The position numbers and the translations under genes are program-made. From the IMG/VR virus record IMGVR_UViG_3300030060_004796, positions 1 through 64,000 of that record: a DNA stretch of 64,000 nucleotides, one strand, 5' to 3'. The notes below the pieces were generated by a model. That model saw nothing but the letters and a program-made list of their open reading frames with translations. It was not told the origin of the DNA and made no database searches. Shown one piece after another: positions 50,401 to 57,036 of this stretch (positions within the stretch are counted from its first letter, which is position 1; each line of letters begins with the position of its first letter). This DNA is from a virus.

Positions 50401-53400
50401 GAAAATAGTATAGGTTTTAATCTTAGTTGGATGACTGTTAAATATATGATTCTATCAAACGGTATTCAAAATAAAACAGATGCTCAAGCAAAATTCTTAA
50501 ATACATTTAAAAGTGAGATAGAATTTAATTTAGATGATGTTTCTCAAATTCAAACAGCTATTTCAAATCATGGACTTACAAAAGATAACCGTCAAACTGG
50601 AAACTTATTTTATGATATGAATGAAGTTTCTGTTGAGGAAGAAGAAAATGAAGTTAATGCAGAAGGAACAGATGTAAAATCTAGAATTAAAAAGCTAGCA
50701 AAATTAAATGCAATTTTTGATGACACAGTAGGTGCTACAGTATTTAGGAATCCAGAAGGAAAACTTATATATGCTCATCAAATGCCAACTTATGATCTAG
50801 AGAAAATAGCAGAATTAAATAGTGAAGATGCTATAGATGAGTTAATGAACAGTAACAGATTCTTAAATTCTAACTATTTATTAAATGATCCTAGATTTAG
50901 AAAACTAGCTGCGGATGGTAAGCTAAGAATATCTAGAGTAGCTGGACAAAAAATAGTAGACTTAAATACTGATAGTGAAGGTAACTTTAAAGCATCTAAT
51001 GGTATTGATCTAAGTAGAAGAGCTGTAACATTTGGAGATTCTACACCTAAAGATTTTTTATCTCAAATGATAAATCTTTATATAGCTGACTATAATAATT
51101 TAAACGGTAAAGTTCCAGAAAATACGTATAAAGCTGAAGATGATTTTGGAACAATGATAGACAAACCATTTACTACTTCATTAGTTAATGTTACAGTAAT
51201 TGCAGAATCTAACACAGCTGACTTTGTACCTATACCTATTATAACCGCAGTACAACTAAAGAATGGAAAATCTACAATAACTGATGAATATGTAGATGAT
51301 GTTATGACTGAAGTTGAAAATGAATATAATAGAATTCAACGTGAGGTACAACAAACAGAAGGATATACAGAAGACAACCTTAAAGGATATAATGAATTTA
51401 CTTCTGTTGAAGATATAAATGATGAAGATGCTAAAACAGATAGAGCAGCTAAATTTGGAACTACTGCTGAACTATTAAAAAGCAAGAAGAGAACTTCAGA
51501 AACAATTAGAGAAGTTGGAGATGGTATTGAGTTTGCTTTAGGTCCTGCTGAAGTAAAGTCAGCAAAATCCGGAACAAGTATAATACTAAGAGAAGTTGGA
51601 CATAATAATAAGAAGCTGGGTCTTAATCAAGATGAGTCAGTAAGAACTCCTATTTATACTTTAAAAAGTAAAAAAGAAACTGAAGAAACTTATTCAGTAA
51701 CATATAAAGGTGTAGTTTCTGTAGAGTCATATTCTGTAGATACTATAAAAGAAATGTTAAATGAGGATTGGTCAGAAGCAAAAGATGGTACTCATACTCA
51801 TAAAGTAAAGCTTGGTGATGAATCAATATGGGTTAGAAGTGCTAGACAAAGAGATTGGATTAATGGCAAAAAAGATCTTGAAGTATTTGAGGTTATACCT
51901 TCTTCAAAAGTAGAAACGGAGATAACAGAACTAGGTGAGGAAATAATAACAACTGAAGATAACGTATTAAAAGAACTACAAAGAATTGCAAGAACTGAAG
52001 TTGATGATAAGGGTAATCCTTTATCATTTGATGAAGCACTTAAGATGACTAAAGAAAAGACAGGAATTGATCCTAGAGCATTAGTTATTCAAAGATTAAA
52101 TCAAGAGTTTGAAGAGTTTATGGAAGTTATAGGTCCGGGACAAACAGGAGCTATCAATCAAATAGATAAAAGATTAACTAGCAAACTAACAACAGCAGAG
52201 GGAAAAACAAACAAGAATACAGAAAGATCAATGGTTCTTCTTAATCTTGAAAATAACAATACAGATAATCACAACTTAAAACAAATATTTTTTAATGATT
52301 ATCTAAATAGAATATCTATTAAACAAATTCTTATGGGTGATAGAGCTTTAGGTCTTAAGGATGTTGTGGATGAGATCAAAAGAATGAAAGCCTTAAATGC
52401 TGCTGGACCAAGTGCTGAAAGTGTTATTTATGCTCCTGAAAAAGGAGTGATGCATCCTACTAAACATATTAGTCTTATAACTATGACTGATGTTGAGACT
52501 CCTTCTAAATATAATACAAAAGGCAAAGAAGGTAAAGTTACTGAGACTGATGCTCAAATGTGGGGAACTACTAAAGGGTTTAGACATACAATGTTTGGAT
52601 TTGGAATGCTTAATTCTGCACAAGCTAAAATATTAGACAAGATAGAAGCAGGAGAAGATATTAGTATAGATGAATTTTATGGTGCTGGAGTTTCTAAAAA
52701 TGGATATAAACAATTAGGTGCTATTTTAAATTCTCAAAAACTTGTTTATTTTGATGGAGAAGTATTTCTAAAGATGTCTAATATTGTATTAACTAAGGCA
52801 TTGACTTCTGATCCACAAACTAATTTCCAAACTGCTCTTCCAGGAAGAGAAGATATGCATAATCTAAGATTAAAGCTAGAAAAGATAGAACAAGAAGGTG
52901 ATCAAACTATTGCTTTTGCTGTGCCTGAGTCTGCTTCTAAAATGGTTAAAAGAAATGTTATAGATTATACAAGAGCTTTTGATGCTAATTTAGAATTAAG
53001 TCCTGAAAATATTTCTAGCCTTGATGCACGTTGGATGAGATTACAACAAGTTAATCCATCTAATAAAGAAATCATTATTGATCCAACACAAATAAAACAA
53101 ATCATCACAAGTGAGCAAGATGATAGTGTTCAAGTAATGTTTGCTGGAGAAATGATCCCAATAGGAAAAATAAGAGAAATCTACAATGATGCTGTAAGTA
53201 ATAGAGTTGAAATTAAATATCTAGATAGAAGAAACTTAATATTTGATTTCCAAATAGGACAAGATGAATTACAAGCAAGTATTAAGAAAGGACAAGTAAC
53301 TCCTGATCTATCTGCATTCTTAGAATACGCAAAAAATAGTTTAGCAGCATCAGGTGCAAGAGCACAATTTATGGAATTATTTGAAGTGGATAAAGCTGGT

Positions 53401-56400
53401 CAGCCAAAATATGATCTAAACAATCCTATTACAATCAATAAATTCCAAGAACTATTTATGTCATTCTTCACTAAAGGTGTAATGAGTGAAAAGGTAAGTG
53501 GTGAATCAGTTGCATTAGTATCTGGGCAAGGTATGAAAGTAATTAAGAAGGTTAAACAATTAGATCCTGTAACAGGTCAACCTATTGAATGGGAAGTTAT
53601 TAGAATGCAAGACTACGCTAATCTTAAAAATAGACCAGAAATAAAGTATCTTAATTATACAGATGTTGCTAATAAGACATTTGCAGATATGAGAGTAGGT
53701 GATTTATATGTAGATGAATTAAAAGCTAATGTAAAAGAGTATGATGAAAATGGAAAGGAGACAGGACTAGTATATTCTGAAATGATGTTGCCTGCACATC
53801 ATTCATCATTAAAAAATATTAAATCAGGACAAAAGATTCCTGATGTTGTATCAAAAGCATTTGCTACACGTATTCCATCACAAGATAAACACTCTGCAAT
53901 TAATCTTAGACTTGTAGACTTTATGCCTGTATTTTATGGATCTTCAGGAGTATTCCCACCAGATCTTATTGAAATATCTGGGGCTGACTTTGATATTGAT
54001 AAACTATATGTACAATTTAAAGAGTTTTATAGACAAGATGGTGAGTTTGTTGAGTATGGAAAAACAAAAGATACTGATAAACAATATGAAGAGTACCTTA
54101 GATATAAGCAAGCAGAGTCTAAGCAAAAAGGTACATCTATGCATATGGCTGTACAGAAGTGGAATAATAGAGGAAGAATTATTGATATAGATTTAGATGC
54201 TGATGTTTCTCTTCCTTCTGAAGAAATTATTGGAGGATTAAGATTGCTAGATCTGCCAGTAACAAGAGAAGAGTTTGCAGAATACCTAAAGAAAAATAAT
54301 AATAGACTTCCATATTCTGGAGCACATAGTAATAAAGCATTGGATGCTAAGTATGCTTTATTAGGAAACGAAGGAATGACAGAAGGTAGAAATGGTAGAG
54401 ATGTTGGAATTGCTTATGAGCCAGCTGTATTAGATCCTTTAGAAGATGTATGGAGCTTTATACAAAAAGAACTTCCGGAATTAGCAGAACAGGTTCAAGA
54501 AGAAGGTGTTATAGTAGATAATATGCTTGGTATGTATAGAGCATGGAAAAACAACAAAGAAGGTGCTAATTCTATTGGAGCTATTGTATTACCTAATATA
54601 GTATTAAATTTACTTAAAGAATACAAGGTTGATTTAAGATCAAAAACTTCAAACGGCAAAAGAATTTTAGGTGGTAACTTAGAACTTAATGGTATTCAGT
54701 ATAAAAGTTTTAAAGGAGATTATGCTATAAATCCTGAAACTAAAAAACCAGATGTAAATGGTTTAAGAAAACAATTTGTAATATCTGCTTTAGTTACAGC
54801 TGCAACAGATAACGCAAAAGAAAGATTGCTTGCAAAACTTGGTTTAAATAAAGATGCATTAGCTACTGTTGGTACATTACTAAGTGTTGGTGTAGATATT
54901 AATACAGCAATATTACTTATTAATCAACCAGATATAAAGCGTATGTATGCTTTAGTTGCTAATAAAGAAAAGCCTACTGATCCAGGAATGGACTCAATGG
55001 TCAAAAGAGAACTAGAAGCAATTTTAGCAGAAGATGCATTAGCAGAAAAAAATTCTAAAAAAGTTAATGTTGATAGTGAATTATTAATAAGACACATAAA
55101 AGGTGGAGAAGTTGCTACATATGAAAGATTTGCTATATTAAAACAATTCCAAGAAGCTAGAACTTTAAAAGAAAATGTAGGCCATCTTCAAGCATTAGTA
55201 ACTAAAGTAGCAGGTTTAGGTAGAGGCATGAAAGAAATGTATGATTCTTTTGAAAGCTTTGAAAAGTTAGGATCTGAACTTAACAATGTACAATTTGGAA
55301 AAGAAGAAATTCCTTTTGACTCAAGAGAACTATTTAAAGGAAAAACATTCCAAGCAACATACTATAAAATATTCCAAAATATACAACAATTAACACCTAC
55401 TGTATTCTTAACAGAAACAGATGAGTTTAGAAAAATTACAAGTGCTATTATAGCAAACATGAAAGATCAGAGTCCAGAAAGGGTTCAGAAAGTAAAACGA
55501 GATGTTCTTTCTTATATGATTGGAAAAGGATACACAACTTATCTTGGTAAAGTAGGAAAAGCAACTCTAGCAGCATCTTTACAAAACGGAATGATATATG
55601 ATGAGTTTGCTGATGGTCTTACAATAGTAGATGTAATAAATGAAATTAAAACTCTACTAAAAGGTAAATCAAATTACTTTATAGATCAATTTGTATATGC
55701 AAAGGATACAAGAAATCCAAATAATAAGTCAGGTATTAATCAAGCTGTATCTAATACATGGGGTAGAATTGGTGCTGATCAAATGACAGTTATTCAAAAT
55801 AGTCTTAGAGAATTATATGCTGATGAAAATATTAGACACAACGTATATCACTTACTACATTATGAATTAGTTAAGAATGGATTACAATATAGTGAAGGTA
55901 CATTATTAAGTGCATTCCCAGCAGCTATGTTAGATGAATTATTATTAGTATCAGAAACTATTAAGGATACATTTAATAATGAGATTGTTACTAATGAAAT
56001 GTATAACAAATTATTTGGAATGTCTTTTGATGAATTAATTTCAGAAGTAACAGAAGGTTATTTACAGAGTAGAAGTAATGTATACTATACTCCTGAAATA
56101 AAAAAGACAAAATCTGAAGCTCTTACATATAATAAAGAAGAAGGTATATTAGATGTTAGTAGATACAGCAGACGTAAACCTAGAAGTAAGAAGAAAGGAA
56201 AACACAAAAGAAAAGGTACAGGTAAAGTATTTGATGGAGTACTTAGAAGAGCTGGTTTTGAACAACAAGAAAATGAATTTGAATTCCCTCTAGTTATTAC
56301 AATGAATGTAGGAACTAAAAGGAAGCCAGACTATAGGACTTTCAAGCTTGAAGAAGTATATTCAACTAACAAGATTGAAAAAACAGAATTATCTGATCCG

Positions 56401-57030
56401 AGTTTCACACCACAAATGATAAATGTTGATACAGACTTTGGAAAAGCTACGGGATATAGAGCAGTATATAAAGAGTTTGATACATTTGGATCTATGCAGC
56501 AAAATGGAATGGGATTCATGTGGGGTGATAGATCAACATACCAATATTTACAAGATGAAATAAACAAAACAACAAGTGCTGTTGAAGATGGAAATCAACA
56601 ACAAGATGATATGATTAATAAACTTGCTAGTCAAAAACAAAAATCTCCAATAGGCCCTGGAACAAATGTAAATATTAATGCAACAAATGATTCAGTGAAA
56701 ACATCAGATAATAATAATAATCCTGTATCTTTGTCTAAGATTCAAAAACTAAGTGAAAAGGGAGAACCTGATTTTGATGCAATCATAAAGAAGGCTGCAC
56801 CAGCAACAGGTTTAAAGAAAGAAGCAATGAGTGAAAATGCTACTCAACCTGGAGAAAATAAAGTTTTAGAAGATTTTTATAATAACTTAACAAAACTTGA
56901 TAAAGCAATGCTTGCTAAAGCAGCAGATATATCTAACATAGAAGAGTTAATAGAAGATTTTAATGATCCTAATAATCAGTATAATGAAGAGGATTTTATA
57001 GAGAATCTTAAAAAATGTTATAGTAAATAG
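41449..57030 (+). CDS. Giant virion-packaged DNA-directed RNA polymerase (crAss-like, two-barrel) with fused zincin protease domain
   Basis: Catalytic 'SGADFDIDK' (53986-54000) preceded by 'RIPSQ' (53869), the signature of the phi14:2 gp66-type RNAP; zincin 'HEAFH' (48778-48792) plus 'YEEYLADEF'. Confidence 0.92.
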   Translation: MADQENFDANVNSTENALDMNSIVNTDDMQVPSFNSDIVDQVLPGTDHVIPEVKPSVDMGNPVYPDIEGPGTGIVNFEEPYPGNFNYDTELFEDVVDQAIEIQGMPNLEMNQPFFDMIDRAAIDIDKYPIMFSNNDMNAAYPGRAGTDFDPFRTSTGIPDLSTQNGIKAFLSSAVDVTKQIKGPDKTPGYRDPFHYSARDYDLDRYYRHPRFSDLGFHPMADNEAYYQANSSKWDNFTRTRSAYMDMFGPAFTSGWRSIGQMFTGETLQSDMIGAMAMDDAMRVGRSTSGGTRGFFNDLFLNSAYTMGIISSIAVEELALFGAAALQGGLNPAADAALIGRTGMNIGRVLQAIKRMFTVGERGAAGTRMLAKMRNLNNVKAFMTAAKAGGKSTGRFFAHVFGPETLYQYKKFKTAAKAGDNFTQMAKAAGYAGGLYRDFRAINLAWAESKMEAGLVEMELQKSLYEEVMALKDGEDPSVKEMEMIVSDARAAALTTSLINMPIIYASNKLVLDGALRGFKPLGRIMDESLSGPFGRILFRKGLKENPFVDMGKKWIIGENMRRMWKAGFKASWKHMGATALRYSTANFAEGIQELAQEATSHGVKSYFTSLYDSPMGIANDVHLAQMTQAHQAGTESMYGNYTHTDRISGMTAAEAISKGAASQWSGQGLHTFMSGFLMGGIVQGPQRLMFDVTPNVLRWGKDKVMKTTDYADYRAKRDKEIGNAVDTLNKVYADPKKYFDITKLNAMTQKELNSAMFKAAGADDITSFMDYKDHGVFSALYTVMATGNLNNFTEQLKDFKNLDDTALKEAFSSVSSTPEKIRARIDKMLTRAEEIKKGYNKMKDEFVNPFNPDRYKKDSRSYHEEQLRQIAFEHAKMMAMFTQTTFEQSLERANDIYNTLSSDPVLGSISESDIRALTSREGLAKEIALLEKEVELGAKTKEEKEILARKKKKLELLKNYSEIFNDSSNQASTNGQMYSELFEMDGKTYKTKSMNIGRYDKRKMGKLKPAFVAYLQFLAETNDDLVINDKIIPTLKKIIDFGYLKGRASDYAQAANVLMNPGNLYEMTDRLAAIMGEAWEQHKNKNNLTLKLKKYHDQTIRRQFLKDLADDMIQPDPDQTVAFLEEGIMPTDFYDGTPGSEGLITKSSDPLKWATIEGLKENYYEATKVDKGETTDATKEERRQAESETSEGTQAEPDFESVTGRSKYQQFLQKDKDTREIIERKYKEYKSTWNSEQGPLMSKNEWAASPQGGKNIIKSRYELDQMYQAEPAEVKDKYPTLEDWIIANKKNPLIAGTNGILTKNNVGISDVSVNLSKETGVQRDKLDGNQKVIATDKATGLSVIEVTNYDDNNNKDVQYYISDKDPQNRVWKTYENLNPKGKQVIRSGYVKKTDAVKAYNYILRNMPSDTVFEFGKDDQGMPIKWTTSDIVLDSADNEYIVRSNPKMVRRNNNLYVVPIGKAKAKKGEDERVYITEDEWRTQGWKKKEESKLDIGTTIQKLSSFEPVKIYPFDGSKVLFGKFKNHPVPEEGAELSFDDVLRSLSEEDRKNITFLVEKNPAYDQYLQDLESGSLQPYQGDPRFDPNPAIRKGQNKYEVTIMLGNRPIGKMMGVGIATLVDPKTGQKIDGHKITTEQTERIFRLNGRDAADVAAMVRRNYAKANLITREIENRIGTKSSTVIKISSLQDIELNVLPGYTGWYVDNDNNPINPRSPGAKKNAKRASTPWADIPQSYNNYDGELIIYDTKRSRDSGRRSSTKVWSIDPSSARGKTISNEITNYIQKKGLLSVGQLGSGRYLQFVKLPNGTIHHFELKLDPLSEESLNDIAVDIKNKQQELIGKAYNEKGKLNKKQAVLTRDKINQELAESFYILSNIVGDDIEIYFKETGEMMFKVEREDSKVTIALEEKFFELITDGKSLIETINNEFKRVEADKAKRDKKFKKTNFNLTMESFSPSIPANLTDPTQLVDSGVSARVIATVSWGQLADINYTNEVKIKEEINGPSTTGGTMTQTTPYGTEQGPEVQLPNTTKENAYEIPKSKFTIPEVTSNEDRLALIEETLTEDHKRTVALMREKNIAPEKIESFIFSKAKETGQGNNLLVDFEMEDILNNPKEYSEALVVNAMRRRIDGSSPISSGSAESRTAENLAEIKQDIQQGEQFNKTFSNENAAGRYRAGEGYVAFQGKYRTGQIGLRRLAYESLIDLGILEGIDNLTETEITDELWAELMEQEFKNLPEGILMPIRRKIANSTPLTPRERLIIDALESQGKNILDGITSEEAATQKNEDNLQAESGNQNILDQISKKRNEIAQAKDKVERELTAQIQKANPEMSKPEVEIQVNEMMEQDDEIKKLNTELAKLQSKLGYKILPEFDGNDVENIDNFIDWVKNNLPEAIMVGDIDDLGRRLKANGVTIGAFVMELSKVSGGIKDLVGKVYVGKQSPFRYHEAFHGVFRMLLTDAEIKKYLGVAKNDVRKKMQSSKGYEILPGVFVKNMNQARITLRGLAKSYALMDNATLDERIYEEYLADEFEKFKTNPRSSKVGSEVKSWFTRLLEWIKNIFLGYNSSELNDLFTSIDSGKYREAGIQENVFTREAMQEIAEGGVVTSTALKAIRKGDPIESVRPTVRNGVVIPDGRTIYINNYFTAKETNGIVAEIGAMYLNRLDTLADDPNFTGEYNPSAILDQTIDEYIERYNFARATETSDGTKNYYYAGKINRQTREKLNERYKSLKQYKSDVKDSVTEYLELFDEDVTSELEVLEKIDMDSGGQVKTTEQYEKDANEIGGWKSLSKGVRKFLATTTKEVKDEFTGEIVSVPVDYITAYNALMKSLSGMTNIHSMLVKLKLFSESSEDARAVIDAIFTKANLSNITLEDFINGNYKLDQVTNEVFFQGIIKAFSQFRTDYYYLETDVEKGLVNIFKANHRDDAHTQTDKWQGNYTSKLENLNTNPNALSAAQDPWGSIVFNSNKESIKEEELNTTSKRIQRQIENSIGFNLSWMTVKYMILSNGIQNKTDAQAKFLNTFKSEIEFNLDDVSQIQTAISNHGLTKDNRQTGNLFYDMNEVSVEEEENEVNAEGTDVKSRIKKLAKLNAIFDDTVGATVFRNPEGKLIYAHQMPTYDLEKIAELNSEDAIDELMNSNRFLNSNYLLNDPRFRKLAADGKLRISRVAGQKIVDLNTDSEGNFKASNGIDLSRRAVTFGDSTPKDFLSQMINLYIADYNNLNGKVPENTYKAEDDFGTMIDKPFTTSLVNVTVIAESNTADFVPIPIITAVQLKNGKSTITDEYVDDVMTEVENEYNRIQREVQQTEGYTEDNLKGYNEFTSVEDINDEDAKTDRAAKFGTTAELLKSKKRTSETIREVGDGIEFALGPAEVKSAKSGTSIILREVGHNNKKLGLNQDESVRTPIYTLKSKKETEETYSVTYKGVVSVESYSVDTIKEMLNEDWSEAKDGTHTHKVKLGDESIWVRSARQRDWINGKKDLEVFEVIPSSKVETEITELGEEIITTEDNVLKELQRIARTEVDDKGNPLSFDEALKMTKEKTGIDPRALVIQRLNQEFEEFMEVIGPGQTGAINQIDKRLTSKLTTAEGKTNKNTERSMVLLNLENNNTDNHNLKQIFFNDYLNRISIKQILMGDRALGLKDVVDEIKRMKALNAAGPSAESVIYAPEKGVMHPTKHISLITMTDVETPSKYNTKGKEGKVTETDAQMWGTTKGFRHTMFGFGMLNSAQAKILDKIEAGEDISIDEFYGAGVSKNGYKQLGAILNSQKLVYFDGEVFLKMSNIVLTKALTSDPQTNFQTALPGREDMHNLRLKLEKIEQEGDQTIAFAVPESASKMVKRNVIDYTRAFDANLELSPENISSLDARWMRLQQVNPSNKEIIIDPTQIKQIITSEQDDSVQVMFAGEMIPIGKIREIYNDAVSNRVEIKYLDRRNLIFDFQIGQDELQASIKKGQVTPDLSAFLEYAKNSLAASGARAQFMELFEVDKAGQPKYDLNNPITINKFQELFMSFFTKGVMSEKVSGESVALVSGQGMKVIKKVKQLDPVTGQPIEWEVIRMQDYANLKNRPEIKYLNYTDVANKTFADMRVGDLYVDELKANVKEYDENGKETGLVYSEMMLPAHHSSLKNIKSGQKIPDVVSKAFATRIPSQDKHSAINLRLVDFMPVFYGSSGVFPPDLIEISGADFDIDKLYVQFKEFYRQDGEFVEYGKTKDTDKQYEEYLRYKQAESKQKGTSMHMAVQKWNNRGRIIDIDLDADVSLPSEEIIGGLRLLDLPVTREEFAEYLKKNNNRLPYSGAHSNKALDAKYALLGNEGMTEGRNGRDVGIAYEPAVLDPLEDVWSFIQKELPELAEQVQEEGVIVDNMLGMYRAWKNNKEGANSIGAIVLPNIVLNLLKEYKVDLRSKTSNGKRILGGNLELNGIQYKSFKGDYAINPETKKPDVNGLRKQFVISALVTAATDNAKERLLAKLGLNKDALATVGTLLSVGVDINTAILLINQPDIKRMYALVANKEKPTDPGMDSMVKRELEAILAEDALAEKNSKKVNVDSELLIRHIKGGEVATYERFAILKQFQEARTLKENVGHLQALVTKVAGLGRGMKEMYDSFESFEKLGSELNNVQFGKEEIPFDSRELFKGKTFQATYYKIFQNIQQLTPTVFLTETDEFRKITSAIIANMKDQSPERVQKVKRDVLSYMIGKGYTTYLGKVGKATLAASLQNGMIYDEFADGLTIVDVINEIKTLLKGKSNYFIDQFVYAKDTRNPNNKSGINQAVSNTWGRIGADQMTVIQNSLRELYADENIRHNVYHLLHYELVKNGLQYSEGTLLSAFPAAMLDELLLVSETIKDTFNNEIVTNEMYNKLFGMSFDELISEVTEGYLQSRSNVYYTPEIKKTKSEALTYNKEEGILDVSRYSRRKPRSKKKGKHKRKGTGKVFDGVLRRAGFEQQENEFEFPLVITMNVGTKRKPDYRTFKLEEVYSTNKIEKTELSDPSFTPQMINVDTDFGKATGYRAVYKEFDTFGSMQQNGMGFMWGDRSTYQYLQDEINKTTSAVEDGNQQQDDMINKLASQKQKSPIGPGTNVNINATNDSVKTSDNNNNPVSLSKIQKLSEKGEPDFDAIIKKAAPATGLKKEAMSENATQPGENKVLEDFYNNLTKLDKAMLAKAADISNIEELIEDFNDPNNQYNEEDFIENLKKCYSK

Positions 57031-57036
57031 GAAAAT

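Noticed and set aside
56167-56226. Eukaryotic NLS implying a eukaryotic virus (with the SET and vWA domains)
   Set aside because: Gene order, LysM/peptidoglycan enzymes, intrinsic terminators and the crAss-type RNAP all indicate a bacteriophage.
4688-56567. Many 60-120 aa nested or antisense ORFs in the track
   Set aside because: They lie wholly within long genes and have the Leu/Gln/Phe-biased composition expected from off-frame reading of AT-rich coding DNA.
41449-57030. N4/T7-type single-subunit virion RNAP, or an intein explaining the size
   Set aside because: The DFDID and RIP motifs indicate a two-barrel enzyme. I saw no intein signatures (no internal Cys at all, no LAGLIDADG motifs).
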